64,000 nt of DNA from Deferribacterales bacterium UBA4806 (GCA_002402635.1 DHGE01000048.1:5154-69153); one strand, 5' to 3'; counted from the first letter of the stretch, positions 50,300 to 59,748 are shown. Numbers and translations: made by a program. Notes: generated by a model from the letters alone, not told the origin.

Positions 50300-52099
50300 T
50301 TACATCAGATTCAGTTTTTGAAGTGTCTCCTTTTCTATCAATCCATCTTTATTCCAACCTCGAACTTTATAATATTCTGGAAGTAATATATCTAATCTGC
50401 TAGTTAGCCCCTTGTTTGGGCCTTCACTAACAGGTGTTTCCAACAATCTCTTAGGAAGGGTGTCTTCCTCTGGATTCAATCCTTCCCTTAAATTAAATAG
50501 CCTTTCTAAATTCCATATTCTTTCGCCAATGTGCAACATATCATCAACATTATAACTTAAGCCAGTAGCAGCATTAAACAAGTCTTTAATTTCATTTATT
50601 GTAAGGGCAAAAGTTGTAAAAAGGCACATACCAACAGAATCAACTACTGCAGTGACATCTTGAAATGTTTTTACAAGTTCGGCTTTGCCTTGTGTCTCAA
50701 CAGGGTCAAATTTTTCTGGAACACCTAAAATTTCAGGAGAAATAGTATAGCCTCTCACATGGCATGCTCCTCTATTGCTGGTAGCATAGTTTAAACCAAT
50801 TCCTTGAGCAACTCTACCATCATAAGCAGGAAATTCTAATTTTTTTACTCCCATTGAAATTTCAGGAGAACCATATTTTTCAGAAAGTCTTGTAGAGCCT
50901 AAAGCCAATACATCTCCGAAGCCTTCCCTTTTACAGATCGCCTCTATCATTTTAACCATGGCATCACTATTACCAAAATTTAAAGGCATGCCTGTATCTT
51001 TCTCTGTAATTATACCTTTTTCAAACATTTCCATAGCACATGCAATTGTTCCACCTGCACTGATGGGATCAATTCCATAAGCGTTACAAATGTAATTGGC
51101 CTTCGTTATAGCATCAAGATCAGTAATTCCACAATCTGCGCCCATAGACCAAATTGGTTCATATTCAGGACCTTCTCCAATAACTTCTTTTTCCCCTCGC
51201 ACTACTGCAACTCGCCCACATCCAATAATACAACTCATGCAGGCTTTGTTTCTTTTCAATATGGTTTCTGCTATTCTCTCACCAGAAATGTTTTCTACAT
51301 TCTCTATGTATTCCCTTAAGAAATTATTAACGGGCATTAAACCACTTTCATGAATTATATTAACAAGCACTGCTGTACCATATTTTGGTAAACCTTCTGC
51401 AGTAACTGGTGACTTCTTAATTAGACTATAAGTTACCTGAGCAGCTTTTCTGAAGGCATTTTTATCTGAGATTTTTACACCACCAGTTCCTCTCACAGCT
51501 ATAGCTTTTAAATTTTTGCTACCCATAACTGCTCCAACACCAGACCTTCCAGCAGCTCTATATTTATCATTTATTATGCATGAAAAAAGCACCTGTTTTT
51601 CTCCAGCAGGTCCAATGCACGCAATTTTCGCATCATTATGAAATTCCCTTTTTATGATTTCCTCTGTTTCAAAAGTTGTTTTACCCCATATATTTGTCGC
51701 TCCTCGAATTTCAACTTTATCATTATATATGGCAATATATACAGGCCTTTCAGATTTTCCCTCAATTATAATCATATCATATCCTGCATATTTCAATTCA
51801 GAAGGAAAATACCCACCAGAATTAGAAGATGTAATAAAATTGTTTAATGGCGATTTTGTGACTACCATATATCTACCATTGGCAGCCCCGTATGTACCAG
51901 TAAGAGGTCCAGTAACAAATATTAATTTATTATCTGCTGAAAATGGGTCAGTTTTTTCTGGTAATTCCTCAAAAAGATATTTAACACCCAGTCCTCTACC
52001 ACCTAAAAATGACTTTACCCAATTATTGTTAAGCCCTTCAGTTGATATCTTTTTATTTGATAAGTTAATACGTAATACTTTGTTCTGCCATCCGCCCAT
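50300..52099 (-). CDS. aor: Tungsten-containing aldehyde:ferredoxin oxidoreductase (AOR family)
   Basis: 599 aa. The N-terminal GGRGLG.., central CxxC-containing MSCIIGCGR region and overall blocks (GPEYE, GLNYATSNRGACH) are typical of the AOR family. Confidence 0.9.
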   Translation of the reverse strand: MGGWQNKVLRINLSNKKISTEGLNNNWVKSFLGGRGLGVKYLFEELPEKTDPFSADNKLIFVTGPLTGTYGAANGRYMVVTKSPLNNFITSSNSGGYFPSELKYAGYDMIIIEGKSERPVYIAIYNDKVEIRGATNIWGKTTFETEEIIKREFHNDAKIACIGPAGEKQVLFSCIINDKYRAAGRSGVGAVMGSKNLKAIAVRGTGGVKISDKNAFRKAAQVTYSLIKKSPVTAEGLPKYGTAVLVNIIHESGLMPVNNFLREYIENVENISGERIAETILKRNKACMSCIIGCGRVAVVRGEKEVIGEGPEYEPIWSMGADCGITDLDAITKANYICNAYGIDPISAGGTIACAMEMFEKGIITEKDTGMPLNFGNSDAMVKMIEAICKREGFGDVLALGSTRLSEKYGSPEISMGVKKLEFPAYDGRVAQGIGLNYATSNRGACHVRGYTISPEILGVPEKFDPVETQGKAELVKTFQDVTAVVDSVGMCLFTTFALTINEIKDLFNAATGLSYNVDDMLHIGERIWNLERLFNLREGLNPEEDTLPKRLLETPVSEGPNKGLTSRLDILLPEYYKVRGWNKDGLIEKETLQKLNLM

Positions 52100-52100
52100 T

Positions 52101-52580
52101 TTACACCTCCTGATTTCCTTCTTTTACTGTTTCTACAAATCTCAAAATTTTATTGCGTAATGGTTTATCTTCTTCTGAGTATGTTAAACACCCAGTGGGA
52201 CAAAAGGTAACACATTCAGGAAAATCACCTCCGCATTGATTACATTTATCTGCTTTATTTTTCCATTCTGCAAACTTTATCATACCAAAAGGACATGCAG
52301 ATACACAAGTTCTACATCCCACACACTTATTCTCATCAATGACTACTACTCCAGTAATAGCATTCTTTTCAATTGCATATTTGGGACATGCTTTAACGCA
52401 CCAGGGTTCATCACATTGCATACAGGTAACTGTAATAAAAGCATTTTCTTCAATGAATACTTCATTGTATATACGTGTTTTTGCAGGTGAAAATTCTCCG
52501 GTATGTTTAAAGGAACAGGATAGCTCACAGGACTTACAACCTATACATTTTGAAGGTTCCACTCTAATTAATTTTGGCAT
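52101..52580 (-). CDS. Four-cluster [4Fe-4S] ferredoxin-like electron-transfer subunit (AorA-like)
   Basis: 159 aa with four Cys clusters: CIGCKSCELSC, CMQCDEPWCVKACP, CVGCRTCVSACP and CNQCGG..CVTFCP. Its stop lies 1 nt before the AOR start. Confidence 0.8.
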   Translation of the reverse strand: MPKLIRVEPSKCIGCKSCELSCSFKHTGEFSPAKTRIYNEVFIEENAFITVTCMQCDEPWCVKACPKYAIEKNAITGVVVIDENKCVGCRTCVSACPFGMIKFAEWKNKADKCNQCGGDFPECVTFCPTGCLTYSEEDKPLRNKILRFVETVKEGNQEV

Positions 52581-52606
52581 AATTACCTCCTAACTTATTT
52601 ATAACT

Positions 52607-53941
52607 TTACTTTAGTACATAATTATAAACTTCTTCAATACTTTCTATTCTAATAAGGTCCATACCTTTTACATCAACTTCACTCTTTGCGGGAATAAAG
52701 GCTTTTTTAATACCATATTTTTTTGCTTGTTCTAAACGTGTATTAACAAATGAAACAGGACTCACGAAACCACTCAAATTTACTTCACCAACAAAAATAG
52801 TGTCAGATGGTATAATAAAATTTCTACTAGAGGAAACAATTGACAAACACACTGCCAAGTCAGCAGCTGTTTCAGTAATTCTTAACCCACCAGCAATATT
52901 TAAATATACATCCTGGTTTGCTACATTTATGCCATATTTCTTATCTAATATTGCCAACAACATCTGTAATCTATTTAAATCAAATCCTGTAGCATTTCTT
53001 TTTGGATAATTAAAAAAAGTAGTTGCAACTAAACTTTGGATTTCAACAATAATCGCTCTACTGCCTTCCATAACAACAGTTAAAGCTTTTCCTGAAACCT
53101 CATAATGAGAATAGAGACTTGTCAACTCTAAAGGAACCAATCCTTTTTCACGCATTTCAAAAAGTGCTACCATATTAGATGGTCCAAATCTGTTTTTTAT
53201 AGCCCTTAAAATTCTATATCCTTTAGAATAATCTCCTTCAAAATATAGTACTGTATCAACTAAATGTTCAAGCACCTTGGGACCCGCAATATAGCCTTCT
53301 TTTGTTATTTGACCTATTATGAACACTGTAAGTTTATTGTTTTTTGCAAACTCAACAAGTTTATAGGTAATATACCTAATTTGTGATACAGTTCCCGCAG
53401 GACTCATTAAATCATTTGAGTATACAGTCTGTATAGAATCTATTACAAATATATCATAGTTGTTCTTTCTTATAATGTTTTCTAATTGCTCGAAAATATT
53501 AGTTGAAAGAACTGAAAAATTTTTATTTTTTAAACCTAATCTTTCTGCTCTTAATTTTAATTGAGTAACAGATTCTTCAGAAGTCACATATAGAATTTTT
53601 CTATTATTATCTGATAACATTGATGCAATTTGCAACATTATAGTAGATTTTCCTATTCCAGGCTCACCTCCAATCAGAGTAACAGAACCTTCAACAATTC
53701 CTCCACCCATAAGCTGATCAAATTCGGGAAAACCAATGTTAAATCTATTACTATTTTCTATAGTAAGCTCATTAAGATTTGTTGGAATTAATTCATTCTC
53801 TAAATTGAAAGCTTTTTTTTCTTTCAAATCAAATTGTTCTTCTAAACTATTCCAGCTCCCGCAATCAGGGCATTTACCAATCCATTGCTGAGAGTTGTAA
53901 CCACATTTATTGCAAATATAAAATTTTTTAACTTTTGCCAT
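52607..53941 (-). CDS. radA: DNA repair protein RadA (Sms)
   Basis: 444 aa. Zinc ribbon CNKCGY..CPDCGSW, Walker A GGEPGIGKST, a KNRFG motif, and a Lon-like C-terminal domain. Confidence 0.95.
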   Translation of the reverse strand: MAKVKKFYICNKCGYNSQQWIGKCPDCGSWNSLEEQFDLKEKKAFNLENELIPTNLNELTIENSNRFNIGFPEFDQLMGGGIVEGSVTLIGGEPGIGKSTIMLQIASMLSDNNRKILYVTSEESVTQLKLRAERLGLKNKNFSVLSTNIFEQLENIIRKNNYDIFVIDSIQTVYSNDLMSPAGTVSQIRYITYKLVEFAKNNKLTVFIIGQITKEGYIAGPKVLEHLVDTVLYFEGDYSKGYRILRAIKNRFGPSNMVALFEMREKGLVPLELTSLYSHYEVSGKALTVVMEGSRAIIVEIQSLVATTFFNYPKRNATGFDLNRLQMLLAILDKKYGINVANQDVYLNIAGGLRITETAADLAVCLSIVSSSRNFIIPSDTIFVGEVNLSGFVSPVSFVNTRLEQAKKYGIKKAFIPAKSEVDVKGMDLIRIESIEEVYNYVLK

Positions 53942-54968
53942 CGTCTTCTAAATAATCTTCTATTGATTGTAAATTGCCATGTGTTTTTACACCTAAGTGA
54001 ACATAGGCTCTTTCAGTTATTATTCTTCCTCTTGGAGTTTTTTTTATAAATCCTTTATATAACAGATATGGTTCTATCACATCTTCAATAGCTTCCTTCT
54101 CTTCAGAAAGTGTGGCAGAAAGTGTTTCTATACCAACAGGCCCACCTTTAAATTTTTTTAAAATCGCCTCTAAATAAAGAATATCAAATTTATTTAATCC
54201 TTCATGATCGATCTCTAATTTCGCTAAACCATTTTCAACAATATCAAAGCTTATTGTCCCTTTACCAAATATTTCAGCAAAATCTCTCATTCTTCTCAAA
54301 ATTCTATTTGCAACTCTTGGCGTACCTCTAGACCTTTTTGCTATTTCTATTGCCGCTGCCTCTTCTATATATGTATTAAGATACTTAGCATTATTCATTA
54401 TTATAGTAACAAGATCTTCAGTTTCATAAAAATCTAACCTTAATGTTATACCAAATCTATCTCTTAATGGTGACGTAATTAAACCAATACGAGTTGTTGC
54501 ACCAATCATAGTAAATCTGTTCAGATCTATTCTTATAGTCCTTGCAGCTGGACCCTGTCCAATTACTAAATCTAACTTAAAATCTTCAATTGCGGGATAT
54601 AATATCTCCTCAACAGATGGATGAAGTCTATGAATTTCATCTATAAAAAGAACATCTCCTTCAGCAACATTAGTAAGTATGGCAGCCAAATCTCCTGGTT
54701 TTTCAATAACTGGCCCACTTGTAATTTTTATATTTGAACCCAATTCAGTAGAAATAACATTAGCTAAGGTAGTTTTACCCAATCCAGGAGGACCATAAAT
54801 CAAACAATGATCAAGACTTTCTCCCCTTTTTTTAGCTGCTTCAACATAAACTTTTAAATTGTCTATTATTCTTTCCTGGCCAATATATTCCTTAAAATAT
54901 TTTGGTCTTAAATTCACAATTCTGTCTTCTTTTAGCTCATCATCAGAAAAAACTGACTCATCATCCAT
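53928..54968 (-). CDS. ruvB: Holliday junction branch migration ATPase RuvB
   Basis: 346 aa. GPPGLGKTTLA, FIDEIHRL, and a C-terminal winged helix. Confidence 0.97.
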   Translation of the reverse strand: MDDESVFSDDELKEDRIVNLRPKYFKEYIGQERIIDNLKVYVEAAKKRGESLDHCLIYGPPGLGKTTLANVISTELGSNIKITSGPVIEKPGDLAAILTNVAEGDVLFIDEIHRLHPSVEEILYPAIEDFKLDLVIGQGPAARTIRIDLNRFTMIGATTRIGLITSPLRDRFGITLRLDFYETEDLVTIIMNNAKYLNTYIEEAAAIEIAKRSRGTPRVANRILRRMRDFAEIFGKGTISFDIVENGLAKLEIDHEGLNKFDILYLEAILKKFKGGPVGIETLSATLSEEKEAIEDVIEPYLLYKGFIKKTPRGRIITERAYVHLGVKTHGNLQSIEDYLEDDGKS

Positions 54969-55009
54969 TGTTTAAAAATAACAATAACATTACTTAAAGT
55001 AAAGCAATA

Positions 55010-55588
55010 TTATGTTTTGGAAAACTTTTTTAAACAAAACCTAATCATATCTTCAAACTTATTAACTTCTTGTGGTACAGTTTTTAATATATCTAAGATT
55101 TCATTTCTTTTATAACCCAAATTAATTAACGCACTTAAGACATCTTCATTTTCATTTTTTACTTCAGAACTTCCTATCTCATGATCTTTCCCAAATTTAT
55201 CCTTCAATTCTAAAATAATTCTATCTGCAGTTTTTTTACCTACCTTAGGTATTCCACATAATGCAGTCCTATCACCATTTAAAATAGCTTTTTTCAATTC
55301 TGTTGGTTTAATACCAGACAATATATTAATTGCTAGGGTTGGACCAATGGAAGACACTTTATTTAGCAGATGAAACATTTTTTTCTCTTCAATATCATTA
55401 AATCCAAAAAGAATAAGGGCATCCTCCCTTATAAAAAGTGATGTAAATAACTCAACACTACTGTTATGTTCAGGTAACGACACATAGGTATTAAGGGAAA
55501 TGGTTAACTCAATAGCTATCCCGTTTATGTCCAAAATTATTTTATTTGGTGTTTTTTCTAGTAAAATCCCTTTTACCTTGTAAAGCAT
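55010..55588 (-). CDS. ruvA: Holliday junction DNA helicase RuvA
   Basis: 192 aa. It has an N-terminal OB fold (MLYKVKGILLEK), HhH motifs (GIPKVGKKTADRIILEL) and a C-terminal domain III. Confidence 0.9.
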   Translation of the reverse strand: MLYKVKGILLEKTPNKIILDINGIAIELTISLNTYVSLPEHNSSVELFTSLFIREDALILFGFNDIEEKKMFHLLNKVSSIGPTLAINILSGIKPTELKKAILNGDRTALCGIPKVGKKTADRIILELKDKFGKDHEIGSSEVKNENEDVLSALINLGYKRNEILDILKTVPQEVNKFEDMIRFCLKKFSKT

Positions 55589-56069
55589 TTTCCCTCTGTA
55601 AATTATATGATAAACATAAGGCGCAGGCTAATGCATCAGAACAATCCTCGGGCAATAAATTTGCTGTGGCATTTAAATTTAAATGCCACAGAATTAACTT
55701 TTTAACTTGTTCTTTTTCAGCTCTTCCATATCCTACTACTGCCTTTTTAATCTGCAAAGCAGTAAATTCTTTAATAGAAATATTATAGGATGTTAAACAT
55801 CCTATAATAATACCTCTGACTTGCCCTAAAAGTATTGCACTTCTTATATTTTTTGCATAGAAAATATCCTCTATAGCAGCAAAGGATATATCGAATTTTT
55901 TTATATAATTACTTACTTCTTCATAAATAAAGGATAGTTTTTCTAAAATATTTTTCTTAATGCTATTTTTTATTAAATAATGATCGATGTATATAATATT
56001 GCTTCCTTGAATCTCAACTATACCTAACCCTGTTTTATTTAAACCTGGATCTATACCGGCAACTATCAA
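55542..56069 (-). CDS. ruvC: Crossover junction endodeoxyribonuclease RuvC
   Basis: 175 aa. N-terminal IAGIDPGLNKTGLGIV and a later DCSDALACALC block. Its tail overlaps ruvA by 47 nt. Confidence 0.9.
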   Translation of the reverse strand: MIVAGIDPGLNKTGLGIVEIQGSNIIYIDHYLIKNSIKKNILEKLSFIYEEVSNYIKKFDISFAAIEDIFYAKNIRSAILLGQVRGIIIGCLTSYNISIKEFTALQIKKAVVGYGRAEKEQVKKLILWHLNLNATANLLPEDCSDALACALCLSYNLQRENALQGKRDFTRKNTK

Positions 56070-56071
56070 TG

Positions 56072-56821
56072 TTATACTTTAAGTTCTTCTAATATAGAGT
56101 CATCTATTTCAAAATTACTATATACGTCCTGAACATCATCATGTTCGTCGAGTTCATTGAGCAAATTAATTAATTTTTTAGCATCTTCTTTCTCAACAGG
56201 AATTGTGCTTTTAGGTCTCATTGTTGCTTCTGCAGATTCTATTTTAATTCCATTATTTACAAATATTTCTTTAAATTGTTCCAAATCCTGTGGTTCAACA
56301 AAAACTTCATAAAAATCATCTTGAGTATTTATATCTAAAGCACCAGCTTCTATTGCTAAATTATAAAGTTTCTCTTCAGACACATCATTTTTATTTACTC
56401 TTATTATTCCCTTTCTTTCAAATAACCAGCCTACGCATCCAGATTCTCCAAGAGAGCCACCATGGCGTGTCAAGATTCTCCTTATATCTGCAACAGTTCT
56501 ATTCTTATTATCAGTTAATACTGACAATAATAATGCAACACCGCCTGGACCATAGCCTTCATATATAACATCTTCATAATTGTCTTCATTACCGGCTCCA
56601 GTACCTTTTTTAATTGCTCTTTCAACATTATCTTTTGGCATATTTACACTCTTTGCTTTATCTAAAGCAAGTCTAAGCCTAGGATTGGCTGATGGATCCT
56701 CACCACCATGCTTAACAGCTACCGTTATTTCTCTAGCAATTTTTGTGAAAACCCTTCCTTTTTTTGCATCTTGCGCTGCTTTTTTGTATTTTATATTTGC
56801 CCACTTACTATGTCCGGACAT
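56072..56821 (-). CDS. yebC: YebC/PmpR (TACO1) family transcriptional/translational regulator
   Basis: 249 aa. N-terminal MSGHSKWANIKYKKAAQDAKKG is diagnostic. AAGGGAG lies 8 nt upstream of the ATG. Confidence 0.95.
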   Translation of the reverse strand: MSGHSKWANIKYKKAAQDAKKGRVFTKIAREITVAVKHGGEDPSANPRLRLALDKAKSVNMPKDNVERAIKKGTGAGNEDNYEDVIYEGYGPGGVALLLSVLTDNKNRTVADIRRILTRHGGSLGESGCVGWLFERKGIIRVNKNDVSEEKLYNLAIEAGALDINTQDDFYEVFVEPQDLEQFKEIFVNNGIKIESAEATMRPKSTIPVEKEDAKKLINLLNELDEHDDVQDVYSNFEIDDSILEELKV

Positions 56822-56847
56822 AAATTAACTCCCTTTCATTTTTATAT

Positions 56848-56876
56848 ATTTTACAATAAAAATTGAAATTAATCAA
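56848..56876 (-). promoter_or_regulatory. Candidate sigma-70 promoter for yebC and the downstream co-directional gene run
   Basis: On the minus strand: TTGATT (56871..56876), a 17-nt spacer, then TAAAAT (56848..56853), about 25 nt upstream of the yebC ATG. AT-rich DNA yields many chance matches. Confidence 0.3.
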
Positions 56877-56939
56877 TATATTGATATATAAAGAGTAGTG
56901 CTCAATTTTGAATCTTAATTTATGCACTTTAAAAAATCT

Positions 56940-56970
56940 AAAAAAAATTATTTATTACAACTAATAAATA
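56940..56970 (-). terminator. Candidate intrinsic terminator after the thioesterase gene
   Basis: On the minus strand: a 9-bp stem TATTTATTA/TAATAAATA with loop GTTG, followed by A then T8. The stem is entirely A/T, so its stability is low. Confidence 0.35.
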
Positions 56971-56992
56971 TTATAATTTAAATAAATTATTA

Positions 56993-57721
56993 TTAGATAC
57001 TACATGATAGATGCCCATAAGCATAAAGATTCTCAACATCAGTAATTTTAAAATTAAATTCACTCGAATTCTTGTTCAATTCTATTGTTACATCCTCATT
57101 ATATATAGTGATTTCTTTCTTATAAACTATATTAAATGTTTTAACAAATATAGGCACTTTCAGTATTCTATAAATTGATGTATACACATAATCTATATAT
57201 GTAATATTATTAACATGGTCATTAGAATCTAAATCTAAAAAACGTGTCTTAAATTTATAATTATATTCATAGTTAATATCTCTATCATAGGGCAATTTAT
57301 TTTTTATTCCCGGCAATATATCATAATTTTCTGGTCCATACATAGATATTAAATCATCTGGAATTTGAATAGCTTTTCTTTCCTTAATGTTAAAGAGTAC
57401 CCATGTAGTTGTGGCTTTCAAAATGCTTTTGCCCATATTAGTTACTTCATAATCTCTTTCTATAGTTATTCCTTTTTTACATTTACACCATGTTGTTGTA
57501 ACAATCTTATCATCCAACTTTGGATAACTATTCACATTTATATACATCGAGTATAATACCCAAGCCAAATTATTTTTAAGTAATTCATTAACCCCTACAC
57601 CAAGGGAATTTGAATGTTCAAAAGCAGCATCCTGAAATATTCTCACAAAATAAGGAAATCTTATAACTAGATCAGACTGTACAAATTTGCTTTCTATAAT
57701 ACTTTCTATTTTATATTTCAT
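56993..57721 (-). CDS. Acyl-ACP thioesterase (FatA/B-like hotdog fold)
   Basis: The ORF track gives 56993..57772 from a TTG. I prefer the ATG at 57721 (MKYKIESI..). The blocks FQDAAFEHSNSLG and LDSNDHVNNITYIDY fit the acyl-ACP thioesterase family. Confidence 0.65.
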   Translation of the reverse strand: MKYKIESIIESKFVQSDLVIRFPYFVRIFQDAAFEHSNSLGVGVNELLKNNLAWVLYSMYINVNSYPKLDDKIVTTTWCKCKKGITIERDYEVTNMGKSILKATTTWVLFNIKERKAIQIPDDLISMYGPENYDILPGIKNKLPYDRDINYEYNYKFKTRFLDLDSNDHVNNITYIDYVYTSIYRILKVPIFVKTFNIVYKKEITIYNEDVTIELNKNSSEFNFKITDVENLYAYGHLSCSI

Positions 57722-57790
57722 AGTTATGCTTTCAATAAATAAAATTAATAATATATTATCTAGAATGTACAATCAAGCATAGAAGTATTA

Positions 57791-57810
57791 ATTATATTAT
57801 ATTATATTAT
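57791..57810. repeat. Pentanucleotide microsatellite (ATTAT)x4 with imperfect flanking units
   Basis: Four perfect tandem ATTAT units read directly from the sequence. They lie in the divergent intergenic region between the thioesterase gene and typA. Confidence 0.85.
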
Positions 57811-57859
57811 ATTTTATTGCATATAGAATGTTTTGTATTAACTTTAAAAATTCTATATA

Positions 57860-57889
57860 TTGTAATTTTTATAAAATATGTGTTATACT
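57860..57889 (+). promoter_or_regulatory. Candidate sigma-70 promoter (extended -10) for typA
   Basis: TTGTAA (57860..57865), an 18-nt spacer, then TGtTATACT (57881..57889), about 30 nt upstream of the ATG at 57919, which is preceded by AAAGGTGA. Confidence 0.35.
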
Positions 57890-57918
57890 CCTCAGCAATT
57901 TTTTTTAAAGGTGAATAT

Positions 57919-59727
57919 ATGCAACAAAAAAACAATAAAATTCGTAATATTGCAATAATAGCACACGTTGACCACGGCAAAACAACATTAGTTGATGCCA
58001 TGCTAAAACAAAGTGGATTATTTAGAGATAATCAGGTAGTAACAGAAAGACTAATGGATAACATGGAATTAGAGAGAGAACGTGGAATAACAATAGCAGC
58101 AAAAAATTGCTCAATAAAGTGGAAAGGAGTTAAAATCAATATACTAGATACTCCAGGCCACTCTGATTTTGGTGGAGAAGTTGAAAGAGCGCTTTCGATG
58201 GTAGAGGGTGTTATACTTCTTGTAGATGCTTCTGAAGGGCCACTGCCACAAACCCGTTTTGTTTTGGAGAAAGCCTTAAAAAACAAATTAAAATTAATAG
58301 TCGTAATTAATAAAATTGACAGACAAGATGCAAGGCCTAAAGAAGTTCTTGACGAAATTTATGATCTTTTAATTGATTTAGACGCAACTGAAGATCAACT
58401 AGACTTCCCTCTTGCTTATGCTGTGGGAAAAGATGGTATTGCAGTTAAGTCATTAAATGAAAAAAGTGACAACCTACATATTTTACTTGACATGATATTA
58501 GATAGTATTCCTGGGCCAACATATGAAGAAAATAAACCATTCCAAATGCTTGTAAGTGATTTAAGTTATTCTGACTATTTGGGAAGATTAGCCATAGGAA
58601 AAATAATTAACGGCTCTACCGAATCAAAAAACAATCTAGTTTGTATTAATGAAGATAACATACTTATTCCATTAAAAATATCAAAATTACAAGTTTACAA
58701 TGGAGTTAGTATAACTGAGGCAAATAGAGTAGAGGCAGGTGACATTATAATTTTATCAGGAATTAATGATGTAAAAATTGGAGATACAATAACAACAGAG
58801 GAAAATCCTGAGAGTTTACCAAGAATTATAGTAGATGAACCAACAGTTTTTATGGAGTTTTCTGTTAATACATCTCCATATGCAGGTAGAGACGGACAAT
58901 TTGTTCAATCAAAAAAAATAAAAGAAAGATTGTATAATGAAAGCTTAAAAAATGTTTCTATAAAAGTTGAAGAAGCAGCAAATAGTGAAAAATATATCGT
59001 TAAAGGCAGGGGTGAATTTCAACTTGCAATACTTATAGAAATGATGCGTAGAGAAGGTTTTGAATTATCAGTGAGTAGACCACAGGTTATTTTCAGAAAT
59101 ATAAATGGTGTAAAGTGTGAACCCATTGAATATTTACTTATAAACTGCCCTGAAGAATACAGCGGTATAGTTACTGAAAAGCTATTAAGGAAAAAGGGCA
59201 CTCTCATAAATATGATAAATAAGAGCAATGGACGAGTACGTTTGGAATTTAATGTGCCATCAAGAGCTTTAATTGGATACAAAGATGAATTTCTCACTGA
59301 TACTCATGGCACCGGTATTATGAATTCATCATTTATTGGTTACGAAAAATATCGTGGCGATTTTCCTGCAAGATTCTCTGGCAGTCTTGTCTCCGATAGA
59401 CAAGGCAAAGCTGTGGCATATGCACTAGGGAACTTAGAAGCAAGAGGAAAGTTATTCATAAAGCCAGGGGACGATGTCTATGAGGGTATGATTATTGGTG
59501 AGTACAGCCGTGATAATGATCTCAATGTAAATCCATGTAAAACTAAAAAATTGACAAACTTAAGGGCTGCAGGCAAAGATGATGCTATTATATTAGCACC
59601 ACCTATACAAATAACATTAGAGAAGGCTATTCAATTTATTAAAGAAGATGAAATGATCGAAATAACACCAAAGGTTATACGTTTAAGAAAAACCATACTC
59701 TCTGCACAACAGCGGAAAAACAATTAA
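57919..59727 (+). CDS. typA: Translational GTPase TypA/BipA
   Basis: The ORF track starts at 57817, but homology begins at MQQKNNKIRNIAIIAHVDHGKTTLVD (ATG 57919, preceded by an SD). G motifs DTPGHSDFGGEVER and NKIDR are present. About 602 aa. Confidence 0.95.
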   Translation: MQQKNNKIRNIAIIAHVDHGKTTLVDAMLKQSGLFRDNQVVTERLMDNMELERERGITIAAKNCSIKWKGVKINILDTPGHSDFGGEVERALSMVEGVILLVDASEGPLPQTRFVLEKALKNKLKLIVVINKIDRQDARPKEVLDEIYDLLIDLDATEDQLDFPLAYAVGKDGIAVKSLNEKSDNLHILLDMILDSIPGPTYEENKPFQMLVSDLSYSDYLGRLAIGKIINGSTESKNNLVCINEDNILIPLKISKLQVYNGVSITEANRVEAGDIIILSGINDVKIGDTITTEENPESLPRIIVDEPTVFMEFSVNTSPYAGRDGQFVQSKKIKERLYNESLKNVSIKVEEAANSEKYIVKGRGEFQLAILIEMMRREGFELSVSRPQVIFRNINGVKCEPIEYLLINCPEEYSGIVTEKLLRKKGTLINMINKSNGRVRLEFNVPSRALIGYKDEFLTDTHGTGIMNSSFIGYEKYRGDFPARFSGSLVSDRQGKAVAYALGNLEARGKLFIKPGDDVYEGMIIGEYSRDNDLNVNPCKTKKLTNLRAAGKDDAIILAPPIQITLEKAIQFIKEDEMIEITPKVIRLRKTILSAQQRKNN

Positions 59728-59748
59728 CAAGTAATATTATTTAATAAA

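Noticed and set aside
57722-57772. 17-codon TTG-initiated extension of the thioesterase ORF (MYILDNILLILFIESIT).
   Set aside because: It has a non-ATG start and no SD. Thioesterase-family similarity begins at the Met at 57721. I kept it only as an alternative start.
57817-57918. 34-codon N-terminal extension of typA in the ORF track (MHIECFVLTLKILYIV...).
   Set aside because: Homology to TypA/BipA begins at the ATG at 57919, which has its own SD (AAAGGTGA). The extension covers the candidate promoter and is hydrophobic nonsense.
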